A stretch of DNA of 64,000 nucleotides from the human T2T-CHM13v2.0 reference genome, Homo sapiens, in NCBI RefSeq assembly GCF_009914755.1, contig NC_060939.1; one strand, given 5' to 3'. Below are positions 27,066 through 40,945 of this stretch, piece by piece (the first letter of the stretch is position 1; the number at the start of each line of letters is the position of its first letter). A model generated the notes under the pieces. The model worked only from the letters and a program-made list of their open reading frames with translations. It was not told where the DNA came from and ran no database searches. Made by a program: the position numbers and the translations under genes.

Positions 27066-28949
27066 CCCATCTCTAGTATTGCTTTTGCCTTAGACTACTT
27101 CACTTTACATTATTTTAGATATATCAGCTTTTCTTTTCATTTTTTTTATTTTTAAATTATAAAGGACATACATTGTCATTATTTAAAATTCAGATAACAG
27201 GTGTTTATTTTGAAGTTCGGTTTTGAAAATCTTTGCTGTGTTTCTTTGGTTAGGTTTGACACATGCACTGCTTAGTGGTGATCTCAGTATTCGTTTCAGT
27301 TCAAATAGAAAATGAAGGATGTCCTTCAGCTCTCTCCTGCCAGGATTTTCTGCCATTCTCTCTAGTTGTCAGAAGCCCCAGTTAAGAGGTTTCTAGTTCC
27401 CAATTCCTCTGATCAGGAAGATGAGATTATTTCAGAGTTTTAGCCTTCCTGCCTTCTCGTGCAGTTCCAAGCGACTGGGGTACAGTGGCAAAAAATGAGA
27501 TAAACAATAACTGGGATTCTCCCCACATTCTTCTATGTCAGGAGCTCCTTTCCTAGCTCCCTTATCTGAGGTCACCTCTCAAAGTCGTGGATGCCTGTGC
27601 CACTGTGCATTTGGAGCTGACACAGGGGAAAGACATGGGACAGTAAAGAAAAAAAAAAACAGGGATTACAGGGGAGGATGGCTCATAAAGGGAATTTATC
27701 AAAGTCATCAAGGTGTGAATCAATTTTACATTGCCCATCTAGTACTGATCAGTTATGCTCAGGAGTAACTGGAAATCTTTCCAAATTTCTTGTGGCTGTC
27801 ACCCATCCCATAAACTCTTATTTTGTCTTCATGGGTGGTCTTTACTACATTCCTAAAAATCTTAAGTTACTGATAACAAATGAATGGTAATGAGGAGAAA
27901 AAATCTAAATATAAGATCACTGACAAGAACAAAATATGAACATTGCTTATACATAAATATTCTAGGTGCATACGTGTAACTTATATGACATTAACATGCA
28001 CAGAAAGACCTGTGAATCTGTTTATTTTTGACATTATTCTTGGTAATTTAGAGTTGGAGACTAATAACATTTTTCAGAAGTTAGTTTGCAATAACAAAAG
28101 CCAGGGATAACTTTTTACTTCTGCCTACTAAGAAGACATCTTCTCTATCTATGAATCAGAGGATCTTTTATTCAAATCTATTTGAGTTATATCCATCATC
28201 TCCAATAAATTGAAAATTTGTCTATAACAAATGTATATTCATGAGAGTAACAGTTACGGTTTCATTTTATTGCTCTATCATTATGGGATAAGTTTTCTTT
28301 AAATATGACTATTATTTCCATCATCTTTCTAATAGGAATCAGTATCATAAGTTTTCAAGTGACCTCAGTGGTCTTTTAAATATTTAAGAGTTGAGCACAC
28401 TGATTTCTTTTGATTATCAAAAATTTCATCTGGGAGCACCTGGATCCAATTTGTCTATTACTGTTTTTATGATAAGGTGATGCTGAGCTATTGCACCCTG
28501 AAGAAGAAAATAATGAAATGTCTCTAATATTTTCAGTTGCATATCTCTGTCAGTATATTTTGGAAATACATTATTCTATTCTTGGAAATGTGAAAGTTCT
28601 GATAAGCAAAAGCTTTTCTTGATAAATTTGAAGTTACAATGAGACTATGATATTGAAATTTGACAGCAAGATACAGTCTTTTAAGCCAAGTCAATACATT
28701 GCAAATATACACTGATTACGTTATGATAACTGAATCTATCACAGCACTGCTAAGCTGTTATCAAGCAAGTAAATATTTTAAAAAATAATGAAAAAGAAGA
28801 AATTTAATCATACTACTAGGTACATTGTAAAGTAAGAGAATATTTAGTGTCATTATTGACTTCCTGTGTTTTGGGTGGGTGACAATTCTTGCTAAAATTA
28901 AAAACCCATGACTAAATTTCCTAAAGCCAGAAATATTTCAGGATTCTAA

Positions 28950-29158
28950 AGCTGTGCTGTCTAACTACATGTGTCTTTTTAAACTTTTGGAATGTGGCTA
29001 GTCAATGTTGAAAGATGCTGAAAATGTAAAATAGATACCAGATCTCAAACACTTAGTTTTCTATAAAGAATGTTAAACATCTCATTAACAATTTTTATGC
29101 TGATTATATGTTGAAATTGTGATATTTTGGAAATTTGGGGTTAAATAAACTATATTAA
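28950..29158 (+). mobile_element. MER33-like hAT-Charlie fragment
   Basis: 'gctgtgctgtctaa..aatgtggctagtc..catctcattaacaatttttatgctgattatatgttgaaat..gggttaaataaa'. Confidence 0.8.
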
Positions 29159-29284
29159 GGCACAAAACAGCAAGTAATTCCACATGTCTAAAGTTAGGAG
29201 ATACTGAGTTATAAGTGGTAATTCATTTATTCAATTTATTCAAATAATATGTATTGAGGAAGTCTAGTGTATGTTTTACCAGCT

Positions 29285-29482
29285 CTAGCTCTAGATCTAA
29301 ATTGGCTGTGTTGAATTCCTCTATGACTTACTAATCATGTGATCTTGGGGAATTTTTTTTAAAACATCTATAAGCCTCAATTTGCTTACATGTACGCTGG
29401 GAAAGATTATGATAACAGTAATTACAATTTATAGAGTTGTTACAAAAATTAAATAAAGTAATCCACTTAAATTTCTTAGCAT
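29285..29482 (+). mobile_element. MIR (resumes at about 30014-30048 after the LTR)
   Basis: MIR core 'cttactaatcatgtgatcttgggga..agcctcaatttgcttacatgta'. Confidence 0.75.
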
Positions 29483-30004
29483 TGTCATATTCTCCAGCCA
29501 ATGACCATTAAGAACACACTTGTAATTGAGTAAGTTGGGTTTCTTGCTTGTTATAGTGAAATAGAACGCACAACATGGGGAGCCATGGGCTCCTCAGTAA
29601 GAAGTGTTAAGGAAGACCTATCCTAGAATTTGGGCTTTGGTTGAAAGATTTAGGGGACGATCCAAGAAAGCAGAGTTTGGCTCTAGACAGGGGTGGTGTC
29701 AGGAAGTTGGGGGAATTCTATTACTGGGTATCTCAAAAATTATCCTCAGAGAAGGCAGGCTACAGCATGGCTAAAGTGGTAATTGGTTAAGTAGTGGCCA
29801 CTCATATTAGCCAGGAGAGTGGTATTTTGCACAGTGATCTTGTTTTTGTCTGTGCTTAGACAAAGTTATGAAGTGGTCTTTTGTCTTATGGTCTCAGAGT
29901 GACCTTGTCTGATGTTAGGAAGATTATATATGCCCAATAGGAGAATATTATGGCCCAGCTGTAAGTGAGACCAACTCTCAGATTTCAAGGGCTGCTTTTT
30001 CTCA
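29483..30004 (-). mobile_element. Solo ERVL LTR (LTR52/LTR53-like)
   Basis: TG...CA ends; minus strand begins tgagaaaaagcagccc; interrupts a MIR. Subfamily uncertain. Confidence 0.7.
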
Positions 30005-30049
30005 TTATTATTGTTTCTTAGCATTGCATCTGATACATCGTAAGCATAT

Positions 30050-31315
30050 TTGAAGTTACTTTGAGATATCAGATGGAGATGTCAAGTAAACAAAGGGTTT
30101 ATCACTGTGCTCTCAGAAGCTATCATTTAATGGCCAGATAGAGGAGAGAGGCTGCAATGAAAAATGAAAAATAACCAGAGAGATGGAAGGAAAACAAGAA
30201 GAGTGTGATGTCACAAAGCTGAAATAAGGGAATCATTCCAGGAAGAAAAAAGTGGTGAATAACTCTCAGATATTGCTAAGAGGTTAAGGATTATGAGTTC
30301 TGAATATTGGAATTAGAAACAGGGAGGTCGATGGCATTGTTAGTGAGGATGAAAAATGCACAGGAGACAGACAATTGCTTACAAAGAGGGAAGTAAAATT
30401 AGGTTCCTGTTGGGCAAAGGAAGATTTACATTTTTTTAAACATAGAAATCGTGTTACATTTAAAAGTTCATGGGATAGCTCCAGTCGAGCAGAAGAGGTT
30501 AATTGGTAGGAAAAATTGGTGATGAAAGTTTCTAGAAAAAAAGCTGGCTGGAATAGAATCCAAAATACATGGTAGTAATCACGGGATCCATTGTCAGGTA
30601 CGCTGTTGTCATTGTTGTTGTTTGCCTCATTTGAGGTATTAATGATAATTGTCTGGATAGGGTGAAATTATGGAATGATTCCAAACTTATAAATAACATA
30701 ATTAGATTTGTATTTTAGAAGATAACAGCATAGTATGAAAGATAAATGGGAGGATTTCAAAACTGGAGGCATAGACATCATCTAGGAAGCTAGCCCAACA
30801 GTTCAGAAAAGAAAGGTATGGATTTGAACTACAGCAATATCAGTTGGGATAGAAGGAAAGACTATAAGAGTATTGGACTCTAGGAGAGGCACATGATACT
30901 ATGTGGTCATCAATTACGTTTGAGTGTCATAGAGCAAATGAAATCGAATGTAGAGGATAAGTTCAAGATTTTAGAACTGAGTTACCAGGAAGAAGATGGT
31001 GCCTTTTCTTTGTAAGAACTACAAGAGAAAAAGCAGATTTGGACAGAACTACCAGGCAATGGAGAAGATTATGAGTTTGTTAATTCATCCATCTAGTCAT
31101 TCAACTTAGATTTCTTAAAAACCTATTTTATGTCAGGAATCATACTAAACTCTGAGGAAACAGTCATGAACAAGACAGCCATGTTCTCTGCCCTGTTTGG
31201 TGCTTGCTTCTTTATTTGGGTCAGAGATAATTTTAAGATTTCTACATATATGTGTTAAATCAATCAGTTGGATAACCTAATGTAGGGTTCAGAAGAAAAA
31301 TCTGGGTTGCCAATT
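30050..31315 (-). mobile_element. L2 fragments
   Basis: 'gatggagatgtcaagta', 'gaaggaaaacaagaagagtgtgatgtcacaaagc', 'aaactggaggcatagacatcatctaggaagcta'; nested L2 tail at about 31083-31195. Confidence 0.75.
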
Positions 31316-31569
31316 TTATACATACACACACACACATATACATATATAATATATCTATGGAGAGAGAAAGAGAGAGAACATTGATGATAGTCTTAAAATA
31401 TCTTCACATCGGCTAGCCTGAGTATAGTAGACTGTAATTAAGGAAGCTACATTTCTAAGATCTGTGGTTATTTTGGTGGTCAGATCACATTAACTATCAA
31501 TCTGGCTTTTATATATAAATATACCACTTTATACTTATCCACATGGCTTAATTGATTGGCATTTCCCTT

Positions 31570-31890
31570 AGGGCTAGATGGAATTGGGTTTGAATTCTAT
31601 CTCTGCCCCTCCAGATGTGAAAACACAAATCATCCAATATTTATTAAACCCTTACTCTATATCAGCTCTTGTGAAAGGCACTGAAGGGTATGGTTAATAA
31701 TCTATTGTCCTTACCCTGGAGCAGCTTCTAGATTCTAGATTCCTGAAGCAGGTTCATTTTTATCTTTGCCAACATTAGGAATATAATATATTTCTCATCA
31801 GGTTATGGGGAATAAGTGAGGCAAGTATGTAGAGTGCCTGGCCTTATGCCTGACACATATTTATCTAGATCATGCTATAAAGTTAGCTAA
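31570..31890 (+). mobile_element. MIR/L2 fragments
   Basis: 'gggtttgaattctatctctgcc', 'aagtatgtagagtgcctggcc..tgcctgacacata'. Confidence 0.6.
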
Positions 31891-33299
31891 AAAATGACAT
31901 CATCTTTTAGGGTCACAATGTCACTAAAAGTGCATTCCTTAAAAAATTAGTGGATCCTTCCACTCCTGAGATTGCTAGTAAGTGTTCCCAATAGCATGCT
32001 ATATTTATTGGCTTGTCTTTGAGGAATCTTAACAGTAGCTGAAATTTTCATGGATTGACTCTGCCGGGTAGAGACAACATTTTTTTTTCTAGGATATAGT
32101 TATGCCAAGCACCAATCTGGCATAAGCAATGAATGGCATGTGCTATGAGGTCATGCCCCACTGAGTCTTGATAAATTAGCCTTTTAACAAATTACTACTT
32201 ATGTGCCTTGTGCAGTGCTTCCTTTAAAAGACTCCGGTACATAACGATTTAAACAATACTTTCGTTTGTGGAAGAAAGAAGGTAACTTAGGAAACAAAAT
32301 AATTAAGGAAATAATTCAAAAGACAGAGATTCATAGAAAGTGGGTACCTGCCATACATTTTCACTGATGTTTGACAGTTAAGTGCAGTGCCTAACAAAGT
32401 TTTTGTACATCGATATTTATTACCAGCTGCTTATAAATTCCCAGCCCTTAAATACATATGTTACAAAGCCAAGGATACTTTGACTAGATATAGCACCTTA
32501 AGCACTACTGGGCAAAGTTCTTGTTGGTTTTCTGGAATCAGTGGCCTATCACGAAAGCCTAGAAAGTTTTCCTTGTAACTCTCCATATATTCATAGGTAC
32601 GCTGCCCATGAATCCTCTGTGCAGTATTGCACAAAATGTATTCTAAAATCCTTAACCAGATTTATGTTAAAATCTTCTGTGAGGGCTGATCTATACAAGC
32701 CGTGATTCTCATAAGGAAGATTTTTTTTTTCCCCTAAAGGGATCAATGATCTAAGAAACTGAACTGTAGCTCTTGTGAGATTAATATTAGAAAGGGGTGA
32801 AGAGGGTGGGGGTGGTGCTGTAACTCCCATGTCCTAGTAAACTTAGCTTTCTTTAGAAAGAATACAGCCTCAAACTTTACTGTGCATTAACAAAGTGATT
32901 GACTCTAGGGAATATTCTAGAAGTATTTAGAGCTTTTTTGCTCACATGGAGCAATGGAGAAAATCACATTAAGCTGTAATAAAGCGTATAGGTATTTTAA
33001 CCCTTTTTCCATCTGTCTTCCACCACATCTCTGGAAGTGGTATAATCTATTACCATTTCAATGCTTGACATCAATGGTGCAATGAGATACACACACCTAT
33101 TTAGCACAAAGATTTCTTCCTGGGTATAGATTTAAATCCTTTTTAATACCAAATCCCAAGGTGCTAGGGGAAATTGTTATGAGCGAGATTTGACAATACA
33201 TTGGTCATTTGGGGCTCAGTGGACTTTTCAGATGGGCTATGTCAACTTTACCTAATCCATGTGATTTTTCAATACTGCGAAATAAAAGGGGAAACGAAA

Positions 33300-33490
33300 A
33301 CACAGACTTTAGAATTAGAAAAACCTAATTCACATTAAGACCTCTATCCCTACAGTCTTTGTGACATTCAGAAAATAATATAAACTTTTTGATCTTTGGT
33401 TTCTTTAAAAGATGTTCACAATAATGCCTTTGTAGAGTGTTTTTAAGGATTAAAAAGTATGTGCTAATACATAATAGATGTTCAATATGC
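33300..33490 (+). mobile_element. MIR
   Basis: 'cacagactttagaattagaaaaaccta..tgtgacattcaga..aggattaaa'. Confidence 0.6.
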
Positions 33491-33609
33491 TGGAGCCATT
33501 ACCTTTAATTATAAATATAACGGCTTTCAAGCAAAGGGATCTTCTGAGATGCAATGGTGTAAGAAACAGCAACATTTCAAGTGCACTTCACATTAAAAAA
33601 GGATTCATG

Positions 33610-34106
33610 ATTCTGTTTCCCTACATGGCAAAGGTGAAGGGATTTTGCATATGTAATGAACGGCCCAGATCAAGTTGACTTAAACTAATCAGAAGAGAGA
33701 TTGTCTGACTTAATCAGTTTGAAGCCCTTTAACAGAGTGCTTAGACCTTCTCTGAGGTCCGATTCTCTTGTTGGCCCCAGAAAGAAAGCTTCTAGTCATG
33801 AGAGGTGTGTGGGAGGGTTACATTGGAAGGAACTGGGGTAACTTATAGGACCTGAGGGTGACCCCTGGCTACAGACAGCCAAACAAAAGGAGACCTTAGT
33901 CCTACAAGCGCCAAGAACAGATTTTTGCCAAAAATCATGTGCACTTGATCAGGGGCCTCAAGCTCTAGAAAGAAACACACCCTGTTCAATCCCTTGACTA
34001 TAGTCCTCTGACTCCCACCCCACAAAAACTATGCCACAATAAATGAGTTTCTTGAAAGCTATTAGTTTTGTGGTAATTTGTTACACCACAGTAGAAAACG
34101 AATACG
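33610..34106 (+). mobile_element. MLT1E-like MaLR solo LTR
   Basis: 'tacatggcaaaggtgaagggattttgcatatgtaat'; 3' end 'ttttgtggtaatttgttacaccacagtagaaaacgaatac'. Confidence 0.85.
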
Positions 34107-37100
34107 AAGTTGATCTTTCTCTAGTCTTCCAACAGGCTATTTACATGTTGGTTCAGGAGAAGATACTATCCAGTGATTTGAAAATCAGAGAAGAATGTGA
34201 CTGGAATAAAATGTTTTCGAAAGCAAATCGTTGAAGCTGTGTAAAATTTTCAAACATTTAGGTAGAGATATTGGCATGCAGTTTACAGACAGAAAATTTT
34301 TTAAGAGGGAAAAGAAACTTTACTTTCAATTCCATTAACAACCTACTCACCGTTATAAATAACTAACCAGTCCAAATTATAGTGGTTCTTAATTAAAGAC
34401 ACAGCAACTTGACCACTATCCTAATAAAATGGTTGAAGTGTTGGTAGACACTCAATTTAATTGGAAGAAGTGGCTCTATGTAACAGCATAAATAATGTAA
34501 ATAATCTCATAGAACTAATTATAAGGGATAAGAAAATCTTAAGAGGGCTAATAATGTATTTAAATGCAAATCCTTGGATTTGATTAGCTGTTTTAACATT
34601 ATACAACTTATTCTAGAGTCAGCCCCAGACATTTATGGTTTACAAGTATAAGCTAAAAATTTAATATCTAGATATTAAGAAGTCATAAGCTTTGGGAAAG
34701 AGGAAAATGAGAATTACCTTATATAATGGCCCATGTGAAACCTGTATATGTTTAAATGAATTAGGTAAATAGACCACATGATTACGCTATTTTTAGGTGT
34801 GAGTTTATGATAAAGATGAGGGAATTAATGGTTCAGTATCTTAAAATCCTCAAACAGCAAAGCAAGTTGTACTATCATTCTTAAAGTAAGACTGGGCTCA
34901 CAACTATGAAGAAAAATAGGCTACAAAATCAGAGGCAAAAATGGCTCCTGATTAACTGGTAGAAATGAAAAATACACTTGTTTTCTTGTAAGACAAATAC
35001 ACATTTATCACTTCAGAGGACTTATGTAAATAAACTTGGTTCTGGAGGACTTGAAAATTTAAATGTAAATGTCTGTGTGTGTGTATGTGTATGAATGTGT
35101 ATAGGCATAGGAATGGAAAGATGGAAAGGACTTACGAGGGAAAGCACTCAAGACTTTGTGCTCCTTCCCTAAGTAGATTTATAAGCTGTGTCAACCACAT
35201 TCATTTAGTGTGAAGGTTATGGTTTGAAGTTTCCTAACTATTCTACTTTATTTCCAATTCAGGTCATCTTTTCAAGGAAAATCTTGAATGCTTATCAATG
35301 CTTATCCAGGGAAGATGAGAGTCTAACAGATAGAAAATGAACTCCATTTTCTGACTCTATCCAAAGTTTGAGAGCTGGTGTCATCAATTTGCAGTGTTGA
35401 GGGGCCGTATGAATATCTTGATGGCTACTACTCATAAGCTTGTCATCACTCTGAACTGTTGTATTTGGAAGAACATGAAAAGGTAATCTCCATCAATGTT
35501 GAGCAAATATTATAATATACATAGTTTCTCTGACTGATCAAATGAATGTTAAACTTCAATTAAAGCCCCTCTCTAAGATGGTATCTAATTTTCCGATTGC
35601 AACAGATAGTTTTGTGAACATGAGCAGGAGATTAATGCAGTTTTATCATCACTTTTTCTATTCAATAGTCAACTTAATTAAAAATTATTAATATGCAAGA
35701 ACGTATGTTCATTACATAAAAACTAAAATACAAATAAGTGAAAATAACATAAGTTAGATATCCGTAATCCTCCACCCATTTTAGAAGGATGTTCTTGTCC
35801 TTTGTCTATGCAAAATATGTATCTATGTGTATATACATATCCTTTCCTTATATCACAGCTAACATAAAAATTAAGTTAAAAATGCTCTAAACAACACTGG
35901 ATTTTATGGCAACCTAAGTTAGAAGGTGCAGCCAAGAGCCCCCATGGGTTCTCTCAACTGCAAGGGCAAGCCCATGATATAGAGTAGGATGTGGTGACAT
36001 TTAACAACAACGTCTATATTTTAATGGATCCTAGCAATAAACATAATACTTGTCATATATTTAATAGATTAAATTTGTATCAGAATATATTGATTCCATA
36101 CTTGTATACAAGACTTGCTTCAGGGTTTAACTGTATTCAGCATCAAATACCAGGCTAATAAAAACTGTAGCAGAAACAGTTTTATGACCCTCCATTGACT
36201 TGTGTTTTACATTATATTATCTTATTGTAGACATCTGAATTAAAGGTTAACAAACACTATTTAATGGGTTGTCTAGATGAATGTACAGTGCATGAATACA
36301 TGCTCCTTGCAATTTCTATCAGTTTTAATACTTCACATGCTTTATGATTTGGGTAAAGATGCAACTGCAAGTGGGTGATGGCTCTTGACTGACTCTTTTA
36401 AATAATATGAAATAGCGTATTTTGTTACACTTCCTCCAATTAAGTGCATATCCAACATTAAAGCAATCTGTCATCATTTTAACAATGTCATTAACATCTA
36501 CAATATAGCTCACAGGGGCTTTGTTCTTCTTTCAAAATTAGTAGCACATACATTGATACAGAAAGCCTGAAATACAAAAACAAATTTAAGAAGCCTTCAA
36601 CTCTAAGCTATACAAATATTTTTAAATGGATTATACAGAAAGTATGAATTTACTAATAAAGAACAGCCCACAGAAATTATATATCCATTAAAAGAGATTA
36701 ATGACATAAAAGATAAATTTCTTTTCTTTCTAATGTAGCAATCAAGAAATATGGTTTACTGTACCGTTAAATGTACTTCAGCTAATGAAAATAATTTAAA
36801 TTATTCAGCTATTGAAAGTAAAAATCAGTATATAAAATTTATAACATATATAAATGATTATCAGTCTAGAAATATTTTAGAGAAAATTTAATTCATAAAA
36901 ATAATATGTTAAGTATTTAATAGAGAAGGTAAAATTTTATTAGCAAATTTAAATTGTAATATTTAACTATAAATTGAAAAAATACATCTTATTTACTGCT
37001 ATGGCTTCAGTAAATAATAATTCACATTAATAATAAATAATTCACATTAATAATTCACATTGATAATAAATGCAAGGAGAAAGTTTAAGTTCACTAAATA

Positions 37101-37311
37101 CAGTGGAGGTTCTTCTCCTTATGTATATTTTTTTCTACCTATAGTCATACAAAAGTATATACATTGTATACATTAGAAACTGAAATCTGTTTACCGTCAA
37201 CTAAAGTCAACACGTACAAAACTCTTCATTTAATAACACTTTCCTCATTAATAATTAGTTTATAAATAAAATATCAAATGAAACCTAACTAGGAGGAGAG
37301 AGACAGTTGTT

Positions 37312-37490
37312 ACTATTATTATTATTATTATTTTGAGACAGGGTCACACTCTGTTGTCCAGGCTGGAGAGCAGTGATGAGTTCATGGCTCACTGCAACCT
37401 TGACTTCCCCAGTCTCAGGTGATCCTCCCACCTCAGCCTCCTGAGTAGCTGGAACTACACACATGCACCGTCACACTCGGCTAATTTTTT
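37312..37490 (-). mobile_element. AluJ right monomer with (TAT)n tail
   Basis: gagacagggtcacactctg..ctcaggtgatcctcccacctcagcctcc..ggctaatttttt. Confidence 0.9.
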
Positions 37491-37844
37491 GCAACCATTC
37501 TGCAACCTCCTTTAACTCTTATTTCTTCCAAGAATTCTGCCTTTTTTCGAATTCTCCCCATCAGAAGTGACTCAAAATTCATATGCAGTAGAACCAAAAT
37601 TCCTAATGTTGCTTAAAAGATAAACCTGAGACATTAACATATACTACATCAGATTAGGACCAAAGAGGATTTAAGGTTGGGAACAAAATACTATATAAAT
37701 AGGCAAGGATAATCCATTTTTAGATTTAAAGGAATATTAACTAAAACCAAATTTGTGCTTTTCTCCAGTGGAAGTTTTTAAGACAGAGTAATACATTTTT
37801 GGAAAGCTTTTCTCTAAAGAATAAGTGATACTCCACCCAAATGA

Positions 37845-38012
37845 CACCAATTATTTCACTTCATCCTCTATTACAATTATTTTTCCCCTAAAACAAAAGA
37901 AATCTGAACCACAGAGAAATAAATTTGCTAAGTTCCAATACAGAATGGGATGGAATTTAAACTCAGATTCATGTATTTCAAGAACCAGGTTCTTTCCACT
38001 CCATTACACTGC
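37845..38012 (-). mobile_element. MIR
   Basis: 'aagaaatctgaaccacagagaaat..gggatggaatttaaactcagattc..ctttccactccattacactgcct'. Confidence 0.75.
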
Positions 38013-38634
38013 CTTACGAGGTAGCAGAGGAGGTATCCCCGTCATATCCAAGGTAAAAACCTAGCATAGTATGTCTAACATTTATTATAAATAAATAGTC
38101 ACATACAGTGTACACCTGCCTAACAAAGAAAATATCCTTAACTGGGGTTAAATTATAGGTTTCCTCTTTTCATTTATAATGTTTTGGGAAACAATGATTT
38201 TTTTTACCTCATTAGAATAATCAAATTACTGTCTTAAACATTTTTCAAATGGCTAGAGGAAAAAAATATGATGAGCAGAATTCATTTATAAATCTGTCTG
38301 AAAGCAAGAGATAGACCATAAAATTGAATGAGATACTTTACTGACTTAAGATCAATATTTTCCTTATCTGTAGAGTAAATCTTATATTTAGAGAATAGCT
38401 TCATTCACAATTTTTAATGTCATTGAATTAAGATAATTAAAATTTTAAATATACACATATTTTTCATGGTTCCAAAACCACCTAGAGACAGTTTTATTAG
38501 GTTATTCTGGTTAATTCACTGACTGGCTGAAACCCGTGGGTATTAAGATAAACTTTAGCTTTAATTAAACCTTCTTTAGCTTTAAGTGAAGTTTTTTTCA
38601 TTGAGAAGTTCATCATACCTAGAAATCTGCATAA

Positions 38635-38990
38635 CCATTTATTCATTTACTTATTTATTCAACAACAACCTTTAAATATGACATAGACCATGTCCTCTGA
38701 TAGAGGCAAAAGATTTAGAACAGAACACTAAGAATGTAGCATGTATGGTTCTTGCCTTCTAAGAGTTTATTTCACTGTCTAGTCTTAAGAACTGAGCTGG
38801 GAGAAGATAATTAAACAAGTCACACCAACATTATATAATGAACATTTTCATAGACAAAGTACAGGTGGATATGTGAGCCCTTAATAGGAAATATAACTTA
38901 GTCTAAAGAGTCAACGAAGCTTTCTTAAGGTAGAAACATATTAGCTAAGGAGCTGAAAAATGATTATAGTGATGCTGATGGGGTGAGGGA
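38635..38990 (-). mobile_element. L2 3' fragment
   Basis: 'catttattcatttacttatttattcaacaa..tggttcttgccttctaagagttta..aagctttcttaagg'. Confidence 0.7.
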
Positions 38991-40819
38991 AATTGACGTA
39001 GACTAAGTGGAAATCCAGAGAGACAGTGAAATTGCACACAATCTTTTTTTCTGTAATGGCCTTGATAAATACCACTCATTAGGCCCTATCTCTTGAAGAA
39101 TGATCAAAGTATTTTGTGGATTTCAGTGGAATTACCATTGTATATATAGAAGCCCTGCCTGAACAGCATTCTGAACTTGATTCACAGCCTGAACTTTGAT
39201 TCTACAATGTATGCTCTTCAAACTAAGATTGAGCATAGCTGTCAATACTAAGTAATTTATGATCACCTTTAAAGAATCAAGGATCTGGTTCTATTGAATG
39301 ACATGCCAAGTACGTGATAGCACAAGGTATTATGGCTAATGCAAATAATTATTTTTCTTGTGAGTTTAATTAAGAGTCTTTATATTGATGTAATTAAAAC
39401 TTCAGTGACGTTTGAAATGCATCACCCAAATAAAATACCTTAAGATTTGCCCAAACAAGATTTGTAAGAGATCTAAGTAATTAAAAATTTCATTCTTTTA
39501 TTCCATATGTTATTTCCCTGAAGAAATCAAAGTCTATATGTAAATAAATATATGGCCGTATTATTAATAAGTATTTCATTATTTTCATGGACAAAATTGT
39601 TCACTAACAGCACATCAACATCAGATGTAGGAGCAAATGGTTTAAATTTAAGAGTTCCCATTGCCCATTATCTGTCTGTTAGGAATTATAGGTTCCAATA
39701 TAACCAATTCCATGTTAATCACATGCTTTATAATGAGATTGTTTGCTATCCCCAGCCTTCAGCCACACTGATTCAGCCCCTCAGCATACTCACTAAGATG
39801 ATGTTTTTCGTACCTACTGCTTTGATACCTAGTACAGCGTAATTTCTAAAAAGCAAATGAGGAAGTGTATTACTTATTGTTAAGTTTGTCCTATAGATGT
39901 TCTCTCTGCATATAACTGGTGACATGTGCAGGTATCCCACAGAGGATAAAGAAATTATTAGCATAGGGAAAGAGCCCCTCAGTCCTCAGCAATCTAAATC
40001 AGATTCTACCTTCATGCCATCCTAGAACAAATGAGTGAGTATTAGATATTGCTTACAATATTAGATTATTAAACTCATTTTAAAATTACTAATTGAGATA
40101 TTGATATAAACATACATGAATATATATGAATGATGCATAAAATTGTCAACTCAGCAAAGGTACATAATCTCTATTTTGTTTAGGAAATTGAGGCTTAATA
40201 AGTTACTTGATTTTTTAAAATGAGTAACCAAAAAAACCCAAAACACGACAAGCTTCCAAAATACTATCCTGAGTCCTATAGATTCTGAGAAACTCCTGCC
40301 TGTATTTGAAGAGATCAACAGAAAAAGAAATCTCAATAGTAACTTTGCAACACTGCCTTTTACCCCTGCACACTCAAGCTCTGGCTATAAGGAAATATTT
40401 GCATCATAATATTATGGAAACATAGTAAAGTCATCATAAGGTGGTTTTATTGAAGAAGCAGTTTTCTCGAAGAAAATAGAAATGAAAGAACAGATGTACA
40501 ATAAAAATAAACTGCATACTTTATTTGTTCCTATTCTGATTGCCCACATGGTCTGCTATAAGAATATGTCACTAGTTTCTGTTCTGGTTCCCTCAGAGCG
40601 CATCACTAAACTAAATTATTATATCCAGTGGCTATTTTTAATGTAAGGAATCCACAGACAGCAGTTGGAAATTTTAGTCCTGAACTCATAATTTATTTTC
40701 TTGTAATATTTGTGACCACTCAAAAGCCCAATCATAATTTCTGCTTCATACAATATTCACTTCCAAATCTTTTTCACATCTATGAACTATATTTATCTTC
40801 ATGACTCTGGTAAGTAATT

Positions 40820-40945
40820 GAGGTTATCTCTGCTTTACAAATAGGGAAACTAAGTCACGGGTGAATGTAACCCATTTAAGTGAACAGACTTGCAGAAAAA
40901 ATAGTAGCTTAAACATGATTAGCTGTCCCTGGTCCACTTTCCAAA
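40820..40945 (-). mobile_element. MIR fragment
   Basis: 'ttatctctgctttacaaatagggaaactaagtcac'. Confidence 0.6.
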
